Shown here: one piece after another, positions 46,312 to 55,738 of the stretch
Layout of the letters: each line of letters begins with the position of its first letter
How positions within the stretch are numbered: position 1 is the stretch's first letter
Assembly: GCA_014240455.1 (NCBI GenBank)
Contig: JAAZWY010000001.1
Coordinates: forward strand, 9,050 to 73,049
Source of the DNA: Nanobdellota archaeon
GTDB lineage: Archaea > Nanobdellota > Nanobdellia > UBA10117 > ARS21
Length of the DNA stretch: 64,000 nt
Reading direction: 5' to 3'
Translations under genes and position numbers: made by a program
Notes under the pieces: generated by a model
What the model saw: only the letters and a program-made list of their open reading frames with translations
Databases searched by the model: none
Told to the model about the DNA's origin: nothing

Positions 46312-46866
46312 TTAGTTAGCTTTAGACTCAACTTTTCTGATGTCATCAAGCCACTCAGATTTTCCAAGGTATGGTTGACGCATAGTCATACCAATTTTTG
46401 GTTCTTGTGTGTTTTTGATGCTTACCGCAATGATTCTTGCCCGGACCTTGTCCTTGACTTTTAGTACTTTCTTTGAGTCTTTTCCAAGAAGAGTACCTTC
46501 TTTGCTGAATGATACGAAGTCGTCCATTGTTTGTGAAATGTGAATCATTCCTTCGAATGGTCCAAAGTCAACAAATGCTCCGAATTTTGCGATGTCTTTA
46601 ATCTCGCCTTCAATAAGATCGTTTGTTTCAGGTAAATAGTGGACAACGTTAAATGTTACGTTGTGGAATGCTGCTCCATCACCATGAATTATGATTCCAT
46701 CTTCAATATTTTTTATTGATTGAATTGCTATTACTCGTCCAAGTTGGTCAATTACTCTGTTTTCGTAATTTCGTCTAAGTTCTTCAGTTACAACTTTCTT
46801 TAAGTCTTCACTAAATCGACTTGGATCAACTCTGACAACGCCTTCGACTGCGGATTTGTAATACAT
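46312..46866 (-). CDS. rpoE1: DNA-directed RNA polymerase subunit E' (Rpb7 homologue) with S1 domain
   Basis: 184 aa, N-terminal Rpb7-like and C-terminal S1 pattern (GEIKDIAKFGAFVDFGPFEGMIHISQ). Confidence 0.8.
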   Translation of the reverse strand: MYYKSAVEGVVRVDPSRFSEDLKKVVTEELRRNYENRVIDQLGRVIAIQSIKNIEDGIIIHGDGAAFHNVTFNVVHYLPETNDLIEGEIKDIAKFGAFVDFGPFEGMIHISQTMDDFVSFSKEGTLLGKDSKKVLKVKDKVRARIIAVSIKNTQEPKIGMTMRQPYLGKSEWLDDIRKVESKAN

Positions 46867-46893
46867 CGTAGTTTTGATGTGATTGGTAGCTTT

Positions 46894-47271
46894 TTAAACG
46901 TTTCTAATCAGTTTTTTGCTAATGGTGAATATTTGCACAGATTCAGCCTTTAGACGCTTTTTGAGTATCTTGTCGTTAGTAAGTACTGAAAAGTTCTTTG
47001 CTACTGCAAATTCCAATATTTTGTCATCCGGATGACCTTTTCCAAGATAAATTGTATCTACTTTTGAGAATTTAATTATTTGAATTGCTAATTTTGCTGC
47101 ATTCTTATCTGCACCTTTTTGTTTTTTGTCATTTTGAATAAATTCTAATTCTTTCAAAACTTCATTTGGAACTATAATTTTTGTAAACCCTATTTTTTTG
47201 AGTTCAGTGATTACATCTATTTTTTCTTTTGCTGCATAAATTAATGAATTCGTATCAATTACGATTTGCAT
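46894..47271 (-). CDS. PIN-domain protein (start re-set to MQIVIDTN)
   Basis: PIN signature VIDTNSLIYA...D. ORF-track start 47430 adds 52 implausible residues; ATG at 47271. Confidence 0.6.
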   Translation of the reverse strand: MQIVIDTNSLIYAAKEKIDVITELKKIGFTKIIVPNEVLKELEFIQNDKKQKGADKNAAKLAIQIIKFSKVDTIYLGKGHPDDKILEFAVAKNFSVLTNDKILKKRLKAESVQIFTISKKLIRNV

Positions 47272-47319
47272 GAGTATAATTTTCGAATGCCTTATTAAAA
47301 CGTATTGATATGACTCGTT

Positions 47320-47805
47320 ATGTTGAAGGCGATTAAGGCAAAAGAACTTTATGATAAGACTGCAAAGTTGTATAATTTTCGATATAGAAGAACTCAATTT
47401 GAAAAATACAAAATTGCACTTCACGATCAATTACTTGATGGAGAAATTTTAGATCTTGGATCGGGAACCGGATTGTTATCTAAATTTTTGGGAAAGAGAA
47501 TTCATCAAGTTGATGTTTCCAAAGGAATGTTACTTTTGAGTCGAGGTAGGCGAGTTCAAGCAGATATTTCTAAGTTACCTTTTAGAGCAAATAAATTTGA
47601 TTATGTTTTGAGTTTTTCTGCTTTAATGAATGCAGAAAATCCTGAAGCAGCAGTAAAAGAAGTTAAGCGGGTTTTGAAACCTGGTGGAACATTTATTGTT
47701 ACTTATTTGAAAAGTTTTGATTTTACTGAGATGTTAAAGAGGCATTTCAAATTAATTGATTCTCGTGATTGTGGAGAAGATGTTTGCTTTATTTTGAAGA
47801 ATTAA
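47320..47805 (+). CDS. Small class I SAM-dependent methyltransferase
   Basis: Motif I ILDLGSGTGLL, motif post-I QVDVS, 161 aa. Confidence 0.6.
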   Translation: MLKAIKAKELYDKTAKLYNFRYRRTQFEKYKIALHDQLLDGEILDLGSGTGLLSKFLGKRIHQVDVSKGMLLLSRGRRVQADISKLPFRANKFDYVLSFSALMNAENPEAAVKEVKRVLKPGGTFIVTYLKSFDFTEMLKRHFKLIDSRDCGEDVCFILKN

Positions 47806-48374
47806 ACACGAACAAATAATTTATATCTGTCACCGTCTTCAAGTTCAAATAGAATTCTATCTATGATTGCCTTTTTTGGATTTGGAACTGCTTTAACTCT
47901 TTCTTTAATTTCATCAAAAGATTTGAAAGGTTCAATTGTTCTTTGTTCTAAAATTTCTCGAGAGTGTCTTTTACCTATTCCTGGAAGTAATTCAAGTTGG
48001 TGAGATCTAAGTGAAATTGGTCCAGAGTTGTTGTAGAAATTTAGATATTTCTCTTCGTTATCTGAAACTAATTTTTCAACTATAAAGTTCAATTCTCTCT
48101 TTGCTGTTTGAGTCAATTTAACTGTTTGTAATGCACCTTTAATGTATGCAATATCTGGACGATCATCATCACCAATATAAACTTCATCGTGAGGTTTGAA
48201 ACTTTTATCTGGTTTTGAAACTAATTCTAAAAGTACGAAATGATCTTTTCCAAGTGCTTGAATTATTGGTTCCTTTTGGTGAAAAGGTCTAGAATCAGAA
48301 GAATAACCGTTCTTGAGAAAATCGAGTACTATTGCATGTTCTTCCTTTGCTCTTCGTGGTCTTTCTTGATTCAT
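47802..48374 (-). CDS. DUF655/COG1491-family predicted nucleic-acid-binding protein with HhH motif
   Basis: Helix-hairpin-helix LLPGIGKRHSREIL. Conserved position next to rpoF/L21e. Confidence 0.6.
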   Translation of the reverse strand: MNQERPRRAKEEHAIVLDFLKNGYSSDSRPFHQKEPIIQALGKDHFVLLELVSKPDKSFKPHDEVYIGDDDRPDIAYIKGALQTVKLTQTAKRELNFIVEKLVSDNEEKYLNFYNNSGPISLRSHQLELLPGIGKRHSREILEQRTIEPFKSFDEIKERVKAVPNPKKAIIDRILFELEDGDRYKLFVRV

Positions 48375-48395
48375 TTCGAATTTCTCCTATTGTTT

Positions 48396-48731
48396 TCATT
48401 GGGCTTTTATGATGTCAAGAATCTTTTTTAGATTCTCTTTTGTGACTGTGATTTGTTTTCCAGCGAACACAGTGTTTAATTCACCGTCATTTTTTGGTAA
48501 CATGTTTGCAATTTCAACAGCTGCCTCTTCAGTCATTCGAGGGATGTCTGCTGATCTAAGCTCCTTAACTAACTTAGTAGCTGAAGCTTTATCAAGTTTG
48601 TTAAACCGTGTTGCAAAGTCCTTTATCTTTTGCTGACTTCCACTTAATTCACCTTTCTTTTCTAGATCGTCAAGTGTTTCTTTGACTTCAGAAATAGTCA
48701 ATGGTGTTTTGCTTATGATTTGTACTTCCAT
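48396..48731 (-). CDS. rpoF: DNA-directed RNA polymerase subunit F (Rpb4 homologue)
   Basis: 111 aa, helical Rpb4-like pattern, conserved L21e-rpoF synteny. Confidence 0.65.
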   Translation of the reverse strand: MEVQIISKTPLTISEVKETLDDLEKKGELSGSQQKIKDFATRFNKLDKASATKLVKELRSADIPRMTEEAAVEIANMLPKNDGELNTVFAGKQITVTKENLKKILDIIKAQ

Positions 48732-48732
48732 T

Positions 48733-49041
48733 TTATTTTTGTCTTACCAAATGTACTGCCCGTGCAATAACTTTCTTAGGTTTATTACCGTGCTTGATTT
48801 GTAGTAAGTATGAGTTTGTTCCTTCTTTTGATAGGATTTTTCCAATCAAGTTTCGGAATCTTGGATGTGGCATTCCTTTTTGGACTGCCGGTTCTTGGAT
48901 TATTCTGACTTTTTCTCCAACTTCGAATTTTCTCAATAGTCGTGAGATAGTCACTTTTCCGTGCGTTCCTGCACTTTTTCTTAGCTTGCTTCTGGTTCCC
49001 GAACGGAATCCGCCCTTTCTACCAGTTCCTGCTCCTGCCAT
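48733..49041 (-). CDS. rpl21e: 50S ribosomal protein L21e
   Basis: 102 aa basic protein with GTRSKLRK...GKVTISRLL...VHLVRQ L21e pattern. Confidence 0.8.
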   Translation of the reverse strand: MAGAGTGRKGGFRSGTRSKLRKSAGTHGKVTISRLLRKFEVGEKVRIIQEPAVQKGMPHPRFRNLIGKILSKEGTNSYLLQIKHGNKPKKVIARAVHLVRQK

Positions 49042-49088
49042 AATTTATTCTACGTTAGTGTGTTTTTAAAGGTTTCGAGATGCTTTCT

Positions 49089-50447
49089 CTAAAACATTCC
49101 TGGCATTTTTGGCATGCCTTTCTTTCCCATTAATTTTTGCATTCTTGCGAACTTTTTTGATTTTCCTGAGAATGCTTTCATCATCTTTTTCATTTGTTTG
49201 TATTGTTTAATCAAATCTCGCATTTCAGTCTCAGCTCTCCCTGAACCTTTTACAATTCTTTGAATTCTTGATTCATTCATTAAAGAAGGATTATCTTTTT
49301 CGTGTACAGTCATTGAGTCCATTAAATATTTCCAAACTTTCATATTTTCTTCTTGTTCCTTTAATTGACTTTTTGGAATATTCATTTTTCCCATTCCAGG
49401 AATCATGTTTGCAACCTGTCCAAGAGGTCCCATTTTTTTCAGAGCTTCCATTTGATTATATAAATCAGTGAATGAAATATCTCCCTTCATAATATTTTTT
49501 GCAGTTTTTTCTGCTGTTTCTTGATCAATTGCTTCACTAGCTTTTTCTAACAGAGTTTCAAGATCTCCCATTCCTAAAATTCTAGAAACGAAATTTTTTG
49601 GTTTAAATTCTTCAAGAGCGTCAAGTTTTTCTCCAACTCCAATGAAATTTACTTTTGCCTTTGTTGCTGCCGCTGCTGAAAGAGCTCCACCGCCTTTTGC
49701 AGTACCATCAAGTTTTGTAACAATAACGCCAGTTACTCCCACTGCCTTGTGGAACGATTCTGCTGTTTTCTGAGCTGCTTGTCCAATATCTCCAGATAAA
49801 ACTAAAAGTTTAGTTTGAGCTTGAACTGCTTTATCAATTGATTCAATTTCTTTTGTCAATTCATCATTCAGTGCGTCTCGACCTGCAGTATCTATGATTA
49901 CTAACTCATAGTCTTCTAGATCTTTCTTGACTGCGTTATAAATTTTTACTGGATTTCTTTCTTTTGGATCACCATAGAAATCAATTTTCAAAACATCAGC
50001 TAGTTGTTTTAATTGAGCATAAGCTGCTGGTCTCCAAGTGTCTGTTTGAACAAGTGCAATTTTCTTCCCACGCTTCTTGTACAACTTTGCAAGTTTTCCT
50101 GCAGTAGTAGTTTTACCTGAACCAAATAGACCAACTAACATAAGTTTTGTTGGTTTTGTTTCAGTTGGAATTTCTTTGAATTCTTTTCCTAAAAGATTAG
50201 TTAATTCCTCATAAACAATGTTGACAGTGTGTTCTCTAGCAGTCAATCCGCCAGCTACTTTTTCCTTAAGTGCTCGCTTTTCAATATTTTTTGCTATATT
50301 TCGAGCAAGTTCAATTGAAACGTCTGCTGAAATCAATGATTTCTTGATTTCTGAGCAGAGTTCAGCTACTGCTTCTTTGTCAACTTTACCTGAAGTCAGC
50401 TTTTTCAGAGCGTTTTTCAGGGAGTCAGATAACTTATCTAAGACCAT
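49089..50447 (-). CDS. srp54: Signal recognition particle protein SRP54
   Basis: N-domain, G-domain GLFGSGKTTTAGKLA, DTAGR, Met-rich C-terminal M-domain. Confidence 0.9.
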   Translation of the reverse strand: MVLDKLSDSLKNALKKLTSGKVDKEAVAELCSEIKKSLISADVSIELARNIAKNIEKRALKEKVAGGLTAREHTVNIVYEELTNLLGKEFKEIPTETKPTKLMLVGLFGSGKTTTAGKLAKLYKKRGKKIALVQTDTWRPAAYAQLKQLADVLKIDFYGDPKERNPVKIYNAVKKDLEDYELVIIDTAGRDALNDELTKEIESIDKAVQAQTKLLVLSGDIGQAAQKTAESFHKAVGVTGVIVTKLDGTAKGGGALSAAAATKAKVNFIGVGEKLDALEEFKPKNFVSRILGMGDLETLLEKASEAIDQETAEKTAKNIMKGDISFTDLYNQMEALKKMGPLGQVANMIPGMGKMNIPKSQLKEQEENMKVWKYLMDSMTVHEKDNPSLMNESRIQRIVKGSGRAETEMRDLIKQYKQMKKMMKAFSGKSKKFARMQKLMGKKGMPKMPGMF

Positions 50448-50484
50448 GTTTATCTCGGATTTTGGGGCTTTTTAAGCGTTTAGA

Positions 50485-51396
50485 TTATAAAATTTGTTTA
50501 ATTATGTCGTCAGCATTGAATTCTTTCAAATCCTTGTACTCCTGACCAGTTCCTAAAAATAAAATAGGTTTTCCAGTTTCGTGCGCTACTGAAATTATTG
50601 CACCACCTCTTTCATCAGCATCTGCCTTTGTTAGAATTACTCCTTCGATGCCAATCTTTTCTCCAAAGAGTTTTGCTTGGTCAACTGCGTCATTTCCAGT
50701 TAGCGAATCTACAACTAGAATTGTAAAATCTGGTTTTGAGACTCTTTTTACCTTTTCAAGTTCTCGCATTAAGTCTTCATTTGCGTGGCTTCGTCCAGCA
50801 GTATCTATTAAAACGTAATCTAATTTCTTTGCCTTTGCATGTTCAATTGCGTCGAACGCAACTGCTGCAGAATCAGAACCATAACTATGTTTTATTAAAT
50901 TGATTTTAAGTTTCTCAGCGTGTGCTTGAATTTGTTCAATTGCTGCTGCTCGAAAAGTATCTCCTGCAGCCATTACAACTTTCTTCTTTTTCTTTTGAAG
51001 CTGTGATGCAAGTTTTGCAAGAGTGGTTGTTTTACCAACTCCATTAACTCCGACAAACATTATTTTGATTGGTTTGTCACCTTTGTAAATGTCAATTGCT
51101 TCCGCTGAAAGAATTTCTTTTAATTTTTCCTCAAGAGTTTTCTTCAGTTCTTTTGGTTTTGAATTTTTTATTGTTTCCTTCAATTCTTCAGTTACGGAAT
51201 AAGCAACATTATTTGTCAACAATTCTTCTTCAAGCTCTTCTAGAATTTTTTTGAGTTTAGATTTTTCTAAATTCTTAACAACATTTAATTTTGACACAAA
51301 AGAAGGTTTCTTTTCTTTCTTTGCTACAGGTTTTTTTGTTTCCTTTTCTACATTTTTTCTTACTTTTGAAAAAACAGATTTTAGACGTCCTAACAT
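50485..51396 (-). CDS. ftsY: SRP receptor FtsY
   Basis: NG domain GVNGVGKTTT, DTAGR, TKADADERGG. Confidence 0.85.
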   Translation of the reverse strand: MLGRLKSVFSKVRKNVEKETKKPVAKKEKKPSFVSKLNVVKNLEKSKLKKILEELEEELLTNNVAYSVTEELKETIKNSKPKELKKTLEEKLKEILSAEAIDIYKGDKPIKIMFVGVNGVGKTTTLAKLASQLQKKKKKVVMAAGDTFRAAAIEQIQAHAEKLKINLIKHSYGSDSAAVAFDAIEHAKAKKLDYVLIDTAGRSHANEDLMRELEKVKRVSKPDFTILVVDSLTGNDAVDQAKLFGEKIGIEGVILTKADADERGGAIISVAHETGKPILFLGTGQEYKDLKEFNADDIIKQIL

Positions 51397-51422
51397 ATTT
51401 TACCTCTAATTATGAGTTTAAA

Positions 51423-51824
51423 TTACTTGTTTTCCTGTATAATTTCTTTTTGTATATTTGTTTGGAGTTCAATAATCCTTGATTGAAGTTTGTTTAAGTT
51501 CTCAATAGTTTCCTTTTCTACTTTTTCCAGATTTTCTTTTTGAACCTTTACAAGTTTTTGAATTTCAGACTTACTTTTTTCTACAAAGTTTCCTGCACCC
51601 ACATTTACCATAAATTTCAATTCTTCAGTAATCTTTACGTTGTAATAAATTCCTGCACCGAGCGGAGTAAGTACTTTCTTATCTTTCTCAAGATTCTTTA
51701 TTGTTTCAACTAAATGTTCCACTTCCATTTTTTGTTTCTGAAAATGTTGTAAATCTGCTTGAAGTTTCTGCATTTGCTGCTGAATCATCTGAAATTCCAT
51801 TTGTTCATTCATTTTATTTACCAA
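51423..51824 (-). CDS. pfdA: Prefoldin alpha subunit
   Basis: Coiled coils flanking two beta hairpins (LTPLGAGIYYNVKI and FMVNVGAGNFVEKS). Confidence 0.7.
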   Translation of the reverse strand: MVNKMNEQMEFQMIQQQMQKLQADLQHFQKQKMEVEHLVETIKNLEKDKKVLTPLGAGIYYNVKITEELKFMVNVGAGNFVEKSKSEIQKLVKVQKENLEKVEKETIENLNKLQSRIIELQTNIQKEIIQENK

Positions 51825-52497
51825 TAAATCCTAGGCTTTCGTCAATTCTACCGATTTCAAAACCAGATGAATTGCTACTTGCTAGGAATCCGTTTGAGTT
51901 TGCGATTACACCAGAGCTCACAATTGAACTTCCCGTACTAACTGTTCCAATTCCAACTTCAATTTTTAATAATTTCTCAAGTTCCTTTACACTTGGATCT
52001 GAAGTTATTGATCCGAACATTCCACCTTTGTTTGTTAGAATTCCATATGCTCCTGGAACGTTGCTCTCTGCGATTTTGATTTTCTTAACTTTAACATTTA
52101 ATTCAGTTGCAAGTTTCTTTGCTTCAGCGTCTGAAAAGTCATCACTAATAATTGCATGTTTATCATTTACTAGAATCGTATTACCTAATGCGGTATTAAT
52201 GGTCTTGAATTTTTTAACTTTAACAATTCCTTTCAATTGTTTTTTTATTGATTCTAATTCTTCATCAAAAATTATTTCTGGAACTAATAATACATTTTTA
52301 TTTGCAACACAAAATATTCCTGCGAAGGGTGTTCCATAAATCTTAGAAGTAATTACTGGAACTTGAAGAACTTCTTTCAATAGTTCTGTTTGCTTCTTGT
52401 TCAATTTTTCTCCTAGAAGAACAAAAGAATCTGTTGCTACTGCGTACAGACCGATGTTTGGATCTCCTTTAAAATTTGTTTTGTCTACGTGAACCAT
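51814..52497 (-). CDS. eif6: Translation initiation factor 6 (aIF6)
   Basis: 227 aa, pentameric repeat pattern, NIGLYAVATDSFVLL N-terminus typical of eIF6. Confidence 0.8.
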   Translation of the reverse strand: MVHVDKTNFKGDPNIGLYAVATDSFVLLGEKLNKKQTELLKEVLQVPVITSKIYGTPFAGIFCVANKNVLLVPEIIFDEELESIKKQLKGIVKVKKFKTINTALGNTILVNDKHAIISDDFSDAEAKKLATELNVKVKKIKIAESNVPGAYGILTNKGGMFGSITSDPSVKELEKLLKIEVGIGTVSTGSSIVSSGVIANSNGFLASSNSSGFEIGRIDESLGFIGK

Positions 52498-52980
52498 TTA
52501 TTCCTTCTTTTTAGATTTAGTTGAGGATGATTTGGTTTTAGTTTTTGTTTCGGAAGTTTTCTTTGCCACAGGTTTTTTTACCGGTGCTTTTTTGGTTGTA
52601 GTTTTTGGTTTTGTTTCTTTCTTTGCTACCGTTTTCTTCACTGGCTTTTCTTCCTTTTTCTCTTCGACTTTTGCTGGAAGTTCTGCTGGTTGTTTTTCTT
52701 CCTTCTTTGCTTTTCGAGGAAGTTCTGAAAGCTCGACTAATACATAATCGTCTTCCTTCTTTACGTCAACTCTAACTCGTGAGGGAGGGTTTTTGGCTCC
52801 TCGCTTCCAAATTGCTTCGTTAAGCCATCTGCCAACTTTGACATCTTCGGCTTTTGCGTGTTGAACTACAAAACTTCTGACTGTGTTTACTGCCTTTTCA
52901 GCTCTTCGCCATCGTGCAGTCTTAAGAAATTCCTTTCTCAAAGGAATTGTGTATGTCCGTGTTTCTCCAGCCTTCATCAT
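52498..52980 (-). CDS. rpl31e: 50S ribosomal protein L31e with Lys-rich C-terminal extension
   Basis: L31e core (RTYTIPLRKEF...VRVDVKKEDDYVLVEL) followed by a KKPVAKK... tail. Confidence 0.8.
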   Translation of the reverse strand: MMKAGETRTYTIPLRKEFLKTARWRRAEKAVNTVRSFVVQHAKAEDVKVGRWLNEAIWKRGAKNPPSRVRVDVKKEDDYVLVELSELPRKAKKEEKQPAELPAKVEEKKEEKPVKKTVAKKETKPKTTTKKAPVKKPVAKKTSETKTKTKSSSTKSKKKE

Positions 52981-52982
52981 TT

Positions 52983-53159
52983 TTATCCTCGTTGAATGTT
53001 ACCTTTCCGCCATCTTCGTTTCTTTGATGTTGCTGCGGAAGGATGAACTCTTCGACCTACTCCGAATTTCTTTGGAATAATCCAGAAAGGTGCCCATCTA
53101 GTTTGGCGACCTGCTGTAATTAATCGATTTTTTCTGCCGGAAGGTTTTCTTGAACTCAT
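52983..53159 (-). CDS. rpl39e: 50S ribosomal protein L39e (58 aa; not in the ORF track)
   Basis: Manual translation MSSRKPSGRKNRLITAGRQTRWAPFWIIPKKFGVGRRVHPSAATSKKRRWRKGNIQRG. ATGA overlap with the S19e stop. Confidence 0.7.
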   Translation of the reverse strand: MSSRKPSGRKNRLITAGRQTRWAPFWIIPKKFGVGRRVHPSAATSKKRRWRKGNIQRG

Positions 53160-53593
53160 TTTGCTTTCCTCATTTGAACTGCAGTTTTGTCAAGTAGAGA
53201 TTGTCCTTTTGGTGAGATAATTCTACCTTTGTTTACAGTTTGTGATTGTTGAACTAAACCAGCTGTTTCAAGCTGTTGTGTAATTTTTCTTAGAATATTT
53301 CCTGAAGCCTTTGTAAATTTAGAAGGTTTTCGTCCACGGTTTTTGCTTCCACCATATCGAGAACGCATTTTTGAAACGCCCACTGGGCCATGATTATAAA
53401 TATTTTTTAGAACTGATGCAGCCCTAATGTGCCACCAATCTGGATTTGCAGGAGGTCGCATTCTGTGGTTTCCACTCTTAACGAATTTTGACCATTCTGG
53501 AGGCGAGATTTCTTTAATTTTCTTGAGTTCTCCAGCTAGTGCGTTAATTGCTTTTTCCGGGTTGATATCATTGACTGATGCCATGTTTATCAA
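53156..53593 (-). CDS. rps19e: 30S ribosomal protein S19e
   Basis: 145 aa, S19e pattern ...PEWSKFVKSG...PPANPDWWHIRAASVLRK-like. Confidence 0.8.
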   Translation of the reverse strand: MINMASVNDINPEKAINALAGELKKIKEISPPEWSKFVKSGNHRMRPPANPDWWHIRAASVLKNIYNHGPVGVSKMRSRYGGSKNRGRKPSKFTKASGNILRKITQQLETAGLVQQSQTVNKGRIISPKGQSLLDKTAVQMRKAK

Positions 53594-53606
53594 CAGGATA
53601 TCAGTT

Positions 53607-53933
53607 TTAAAAACCTTTTGATAAGAGTCCAGCGATGATGAAAATAAGTGCTTGTGTGCTTGCTTGTTTCAGTGCAATTCGAGGGTTTTGGTTGGTCGTG
53701 TTCAAAGAGGAGTAAATTAACAATATTGCAAAGATAGTTAGCAAAATTGTGTTTGAAGGATTTGGTCCAATTGAGATTCCTGCTAGCGTTGCAATAATAT
53801 ATCTAAATCTTCCAAACTCTTGCTTGGTTTTGTTTCTAAACCAAACGAATTCAGATCTCGCAATTCTATTGAGTAAGAATCCTAAGAAATATGCGGTTGA
53901 AATTAATAGGATGATTATTAGTCCATTTAGCAT
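53607..53933 (-). CDS. Hypothetical small membrane protein (3 TM)
   Basis: 108 aa, three hydrophobic segments. Confidence 0.4.
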   Translation of the reverse strand: MLNGLIIILLISTAYFLGFLLNRIARSEFVWFRNKTKQEFGRFRYIIATLAGISIGPNPSNTILLTIFAILLIYSSLNTTNQNPRIALKQASTQALIFIIAGLLSKGF

Positions 53934-53966
53934 ATTTTTTATAGGAGACGTAAATTTAAAACAATA

Positions 53967-54491
53967 ATGAAATTGAAAGATTCAGAACATGTTTATTCTC
54001 CTCGCGAGGATTCAAACTTGTTACAACGCGTTGTTGAAGACTACATGAAAAAGTTCAAACCTACTCGAGTTTTGGACGTGGGAACGGGTTCAGGAATTCA
54101 AGCAATAACTGCGAAGAAAGCTTATGCAAATGCTGAAGTATTTGGCGCAGATATTAATCCAATGGCAATTGATTTAGCTACTGAAAATGCTAAACTTAAT
54201 TCTGTTGAGATTAAGTTTCTTGTTTCTGATTTATTTGAACGATTTCAAGACCAGAAGTTTGATTTGATTATTTTTAATGCTCCCTATTTACCACCAGAAC
54301 CTCCGCTTGATCCAATTTGGAGTGGCGGAGAGAAATTTATTATGAAATTTATTAAATTGGCACGAGAGCATTTAACTCCCAATGGAAATATTTTATTTGT
54401 TTATTCTTCAAAATCTCCAGTTAAATTCAAACATAAAATCGTTGCTGAAGAGAAAGTATTTTTTGAAACACTCTATGTTGCTGAGGCGTGA
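53967..54491 (+). CDS. N5-glutamine/N6-adenine-type SAM methyltransferase (PrmC/Mtq2-like)
   Basis: Motif I VLDVGTGSGIQA and substrate motif NAPYLP (NPPY family). Confidence 0.65.
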   Translation: MKLKDSEHVYSPREDSNLLQRVVEDYMKKFKPTRVLDVGTGSGIQAITAKKAYANAEVFGADINPMAIDLATENAKLNSVEIKFLVSDLFERFQDQKFDLIIFNAPYLPPEPPLDPIWSGGEKFIMKFIKLAREHLTPNGNILFVYSSKSPVKFKHKIVAEEKVFFETLYVAEA

Positions 54492-54509
54492 TAAGGTTTA
54501 TATTAAACC

Positions 54510-54830
54510 TGTGTCTTCTTGAGTCAAGAAGACGGGGCTAACCTTGTGAATCACTTAAAGTTAAGTTTCAACTCTCGCGAGTGAAGCTATAAAGAGTGAT
54601 ACGGGCAATAAGGGCAACTGTTAGTAGCTTGAGACGACGATTGGGATAATAGGCCGCGATATGCGAACCCTTTTCGATTCGTTTGATCCCTCACTAACAT
54701 CTCTTAATGTCAGAAGGGGCTATTGACCGAGCTGTTTGAGCTGAAGAATTCATTAAGAATTCATTCAGGAGGGCAACACTTTGGCCGTGGACCTTTTCCG
54801 CACGGGCCTATACGTCTTCTAAATTTTTGA
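54510..54830. ncRNA. Unidentified GC-rich structured RNA candidate (about 300 nt, ORF-free on both strands)
   Basis: GC about 47% against about 33% background. Hairpins GUCUUCUU-GAGUC-AAGAAGAC (54522-54542), ACUCUCGCGAGUG, and GGCCGUGGACCUUUUCCGCACGGGCC (54783-54808) followed by a U-rich tract. Tandem GAATTCATT x2 at 54746-54767. Strand and identity undetermined; no RNase P CR-I or CR-V motif found. Confidence 0.45.
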
Positions 54831-54873
54831 GTTTCGCGCGGTTTTTAAGTTTTAATACTATGAACATAGTCCC

Positions 54874-55119
54874 ATGTTAAGCGCATATGTATTAATAAAA
54901 ACTCAAGCAGGTCAAGAGAAAGACGTTCTTGAAACATTAAATTCAGATGAAAGTATTGTGGACGTAAGTATTGTTTATGGACAATATGATTTGATCGCAA
55001 AAGTTTTCCTGAATGATATGATTGATTTACCAACATTTATCATGGAAACAATTAGACCAATTAAAGGGATTACAGAAACTTCTACTTTGCTTGCGGCTTA
55101 CGACCCTTCGAGTGCTTAA
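54874..55119 (+). CDS. Stand-alone RAM (Lrp/AsnC C-terminal ligand-binding) domain protein
   Basis: 81 aa, pattern AYVLIKT..G.E..V...L......V.....V.G.YDL...V...D. Confidence 0.65.
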   Translation: MLSAYVLIKTQAGQEKDVLETLNSDESIVDVSIVYGQYDLIAKVFLNDMIDLPTFIMETIRPIKGITETSTLLAAYDPSSA

Positions 55120-55651
55120 TGACTACATTTTTCATTAAGTAAGAATTTGGAATCATCATTGTGTTTTTGCTATCCATTGCAATATATGTGTCTAGCAAAT
55201 CTATCTTTGTAACTTTTCCATTAAAATCTTTGAATTTTATGAAATCACCTTTCTTGATTTTTTTAGTCCCAATTAAATAAAGTCCTGCGAAAATATTGGG
55301 CATGAAGTCTCTTAGCGCTAAAGTGAATGAAATTAACAAAACTCCGCCGAAGATTATCAAAATAAAATTCATAATTGAAATTGCAACACCTATTTGTATT
55401 AATGCTGCAACTACTGCAACACCAATAATTGAATATTTTACAAAATTTTCTGCAAGCTTTTGGGGTTTGGTTTTAATTCCGAGTGCTTTTCTTAAATTTC
55501 CATTTAAGTTTGCCTTTCTTATTGCTTTACTTGTCAATTTTCCAAGAATTCTTCCTAACAACACGCCCGTTACAATTATCAAAAGTGCTGAACCAAAAGT
55601 TGCCAGAATATAGAGTGAAACGTTGTATATCAACGTAAGTATTTCATTCAT
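55082..55651 (-). CDS. Small-conductance mechanosensitive channel (MscS-family), short form
   Basis: TM helices followed by a beta domain with GDFIKFKDFNGKVTKIDLLDTYIAMDSKNTMMIPNS. Confidence 0.6.
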   Translation of the reverse strand: MNEILTLIYNVSLYILATFGSALLIIVTGVLLGRILGKLTSKAIRKANLNGNLRKALGIKTKPQKLAENFVKYSIIGVAVVAALIQIGVAISIMNFILIIFGGVLLISFTLALRDFMPNIFAGLYLIGTKKIKKGDFIKFKDFNGKVTKIDLLDTYIAMDSKNTMMIPNSYLMKNVVIKHSKGRKPQAK

Positions 55652-55738
55652 TGCTCGTTAAGTCCAATTTTTGGTAATTTAAAGGTTTTGTTTCTGTCAA
55701 ATAGCTAAGCTATTAAATCACGGTTTTCAGAATTAAAT

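Noticed and set aside
54510-54830. RNase P RNA assignment for the second GC-rich island
   Set aside because: Could not find CR-I (GGAAAGUCC) or CR-V (ACAGAANCCGGCUUA)-like elements on either strand, so it is only listed as an unidentified structured RNA.
54845-55036. 63-aa minus-strand ORF
   Set aside because: Overlaps the RAM-domain gene on the other strand and begins in the ncRNA terminator region.
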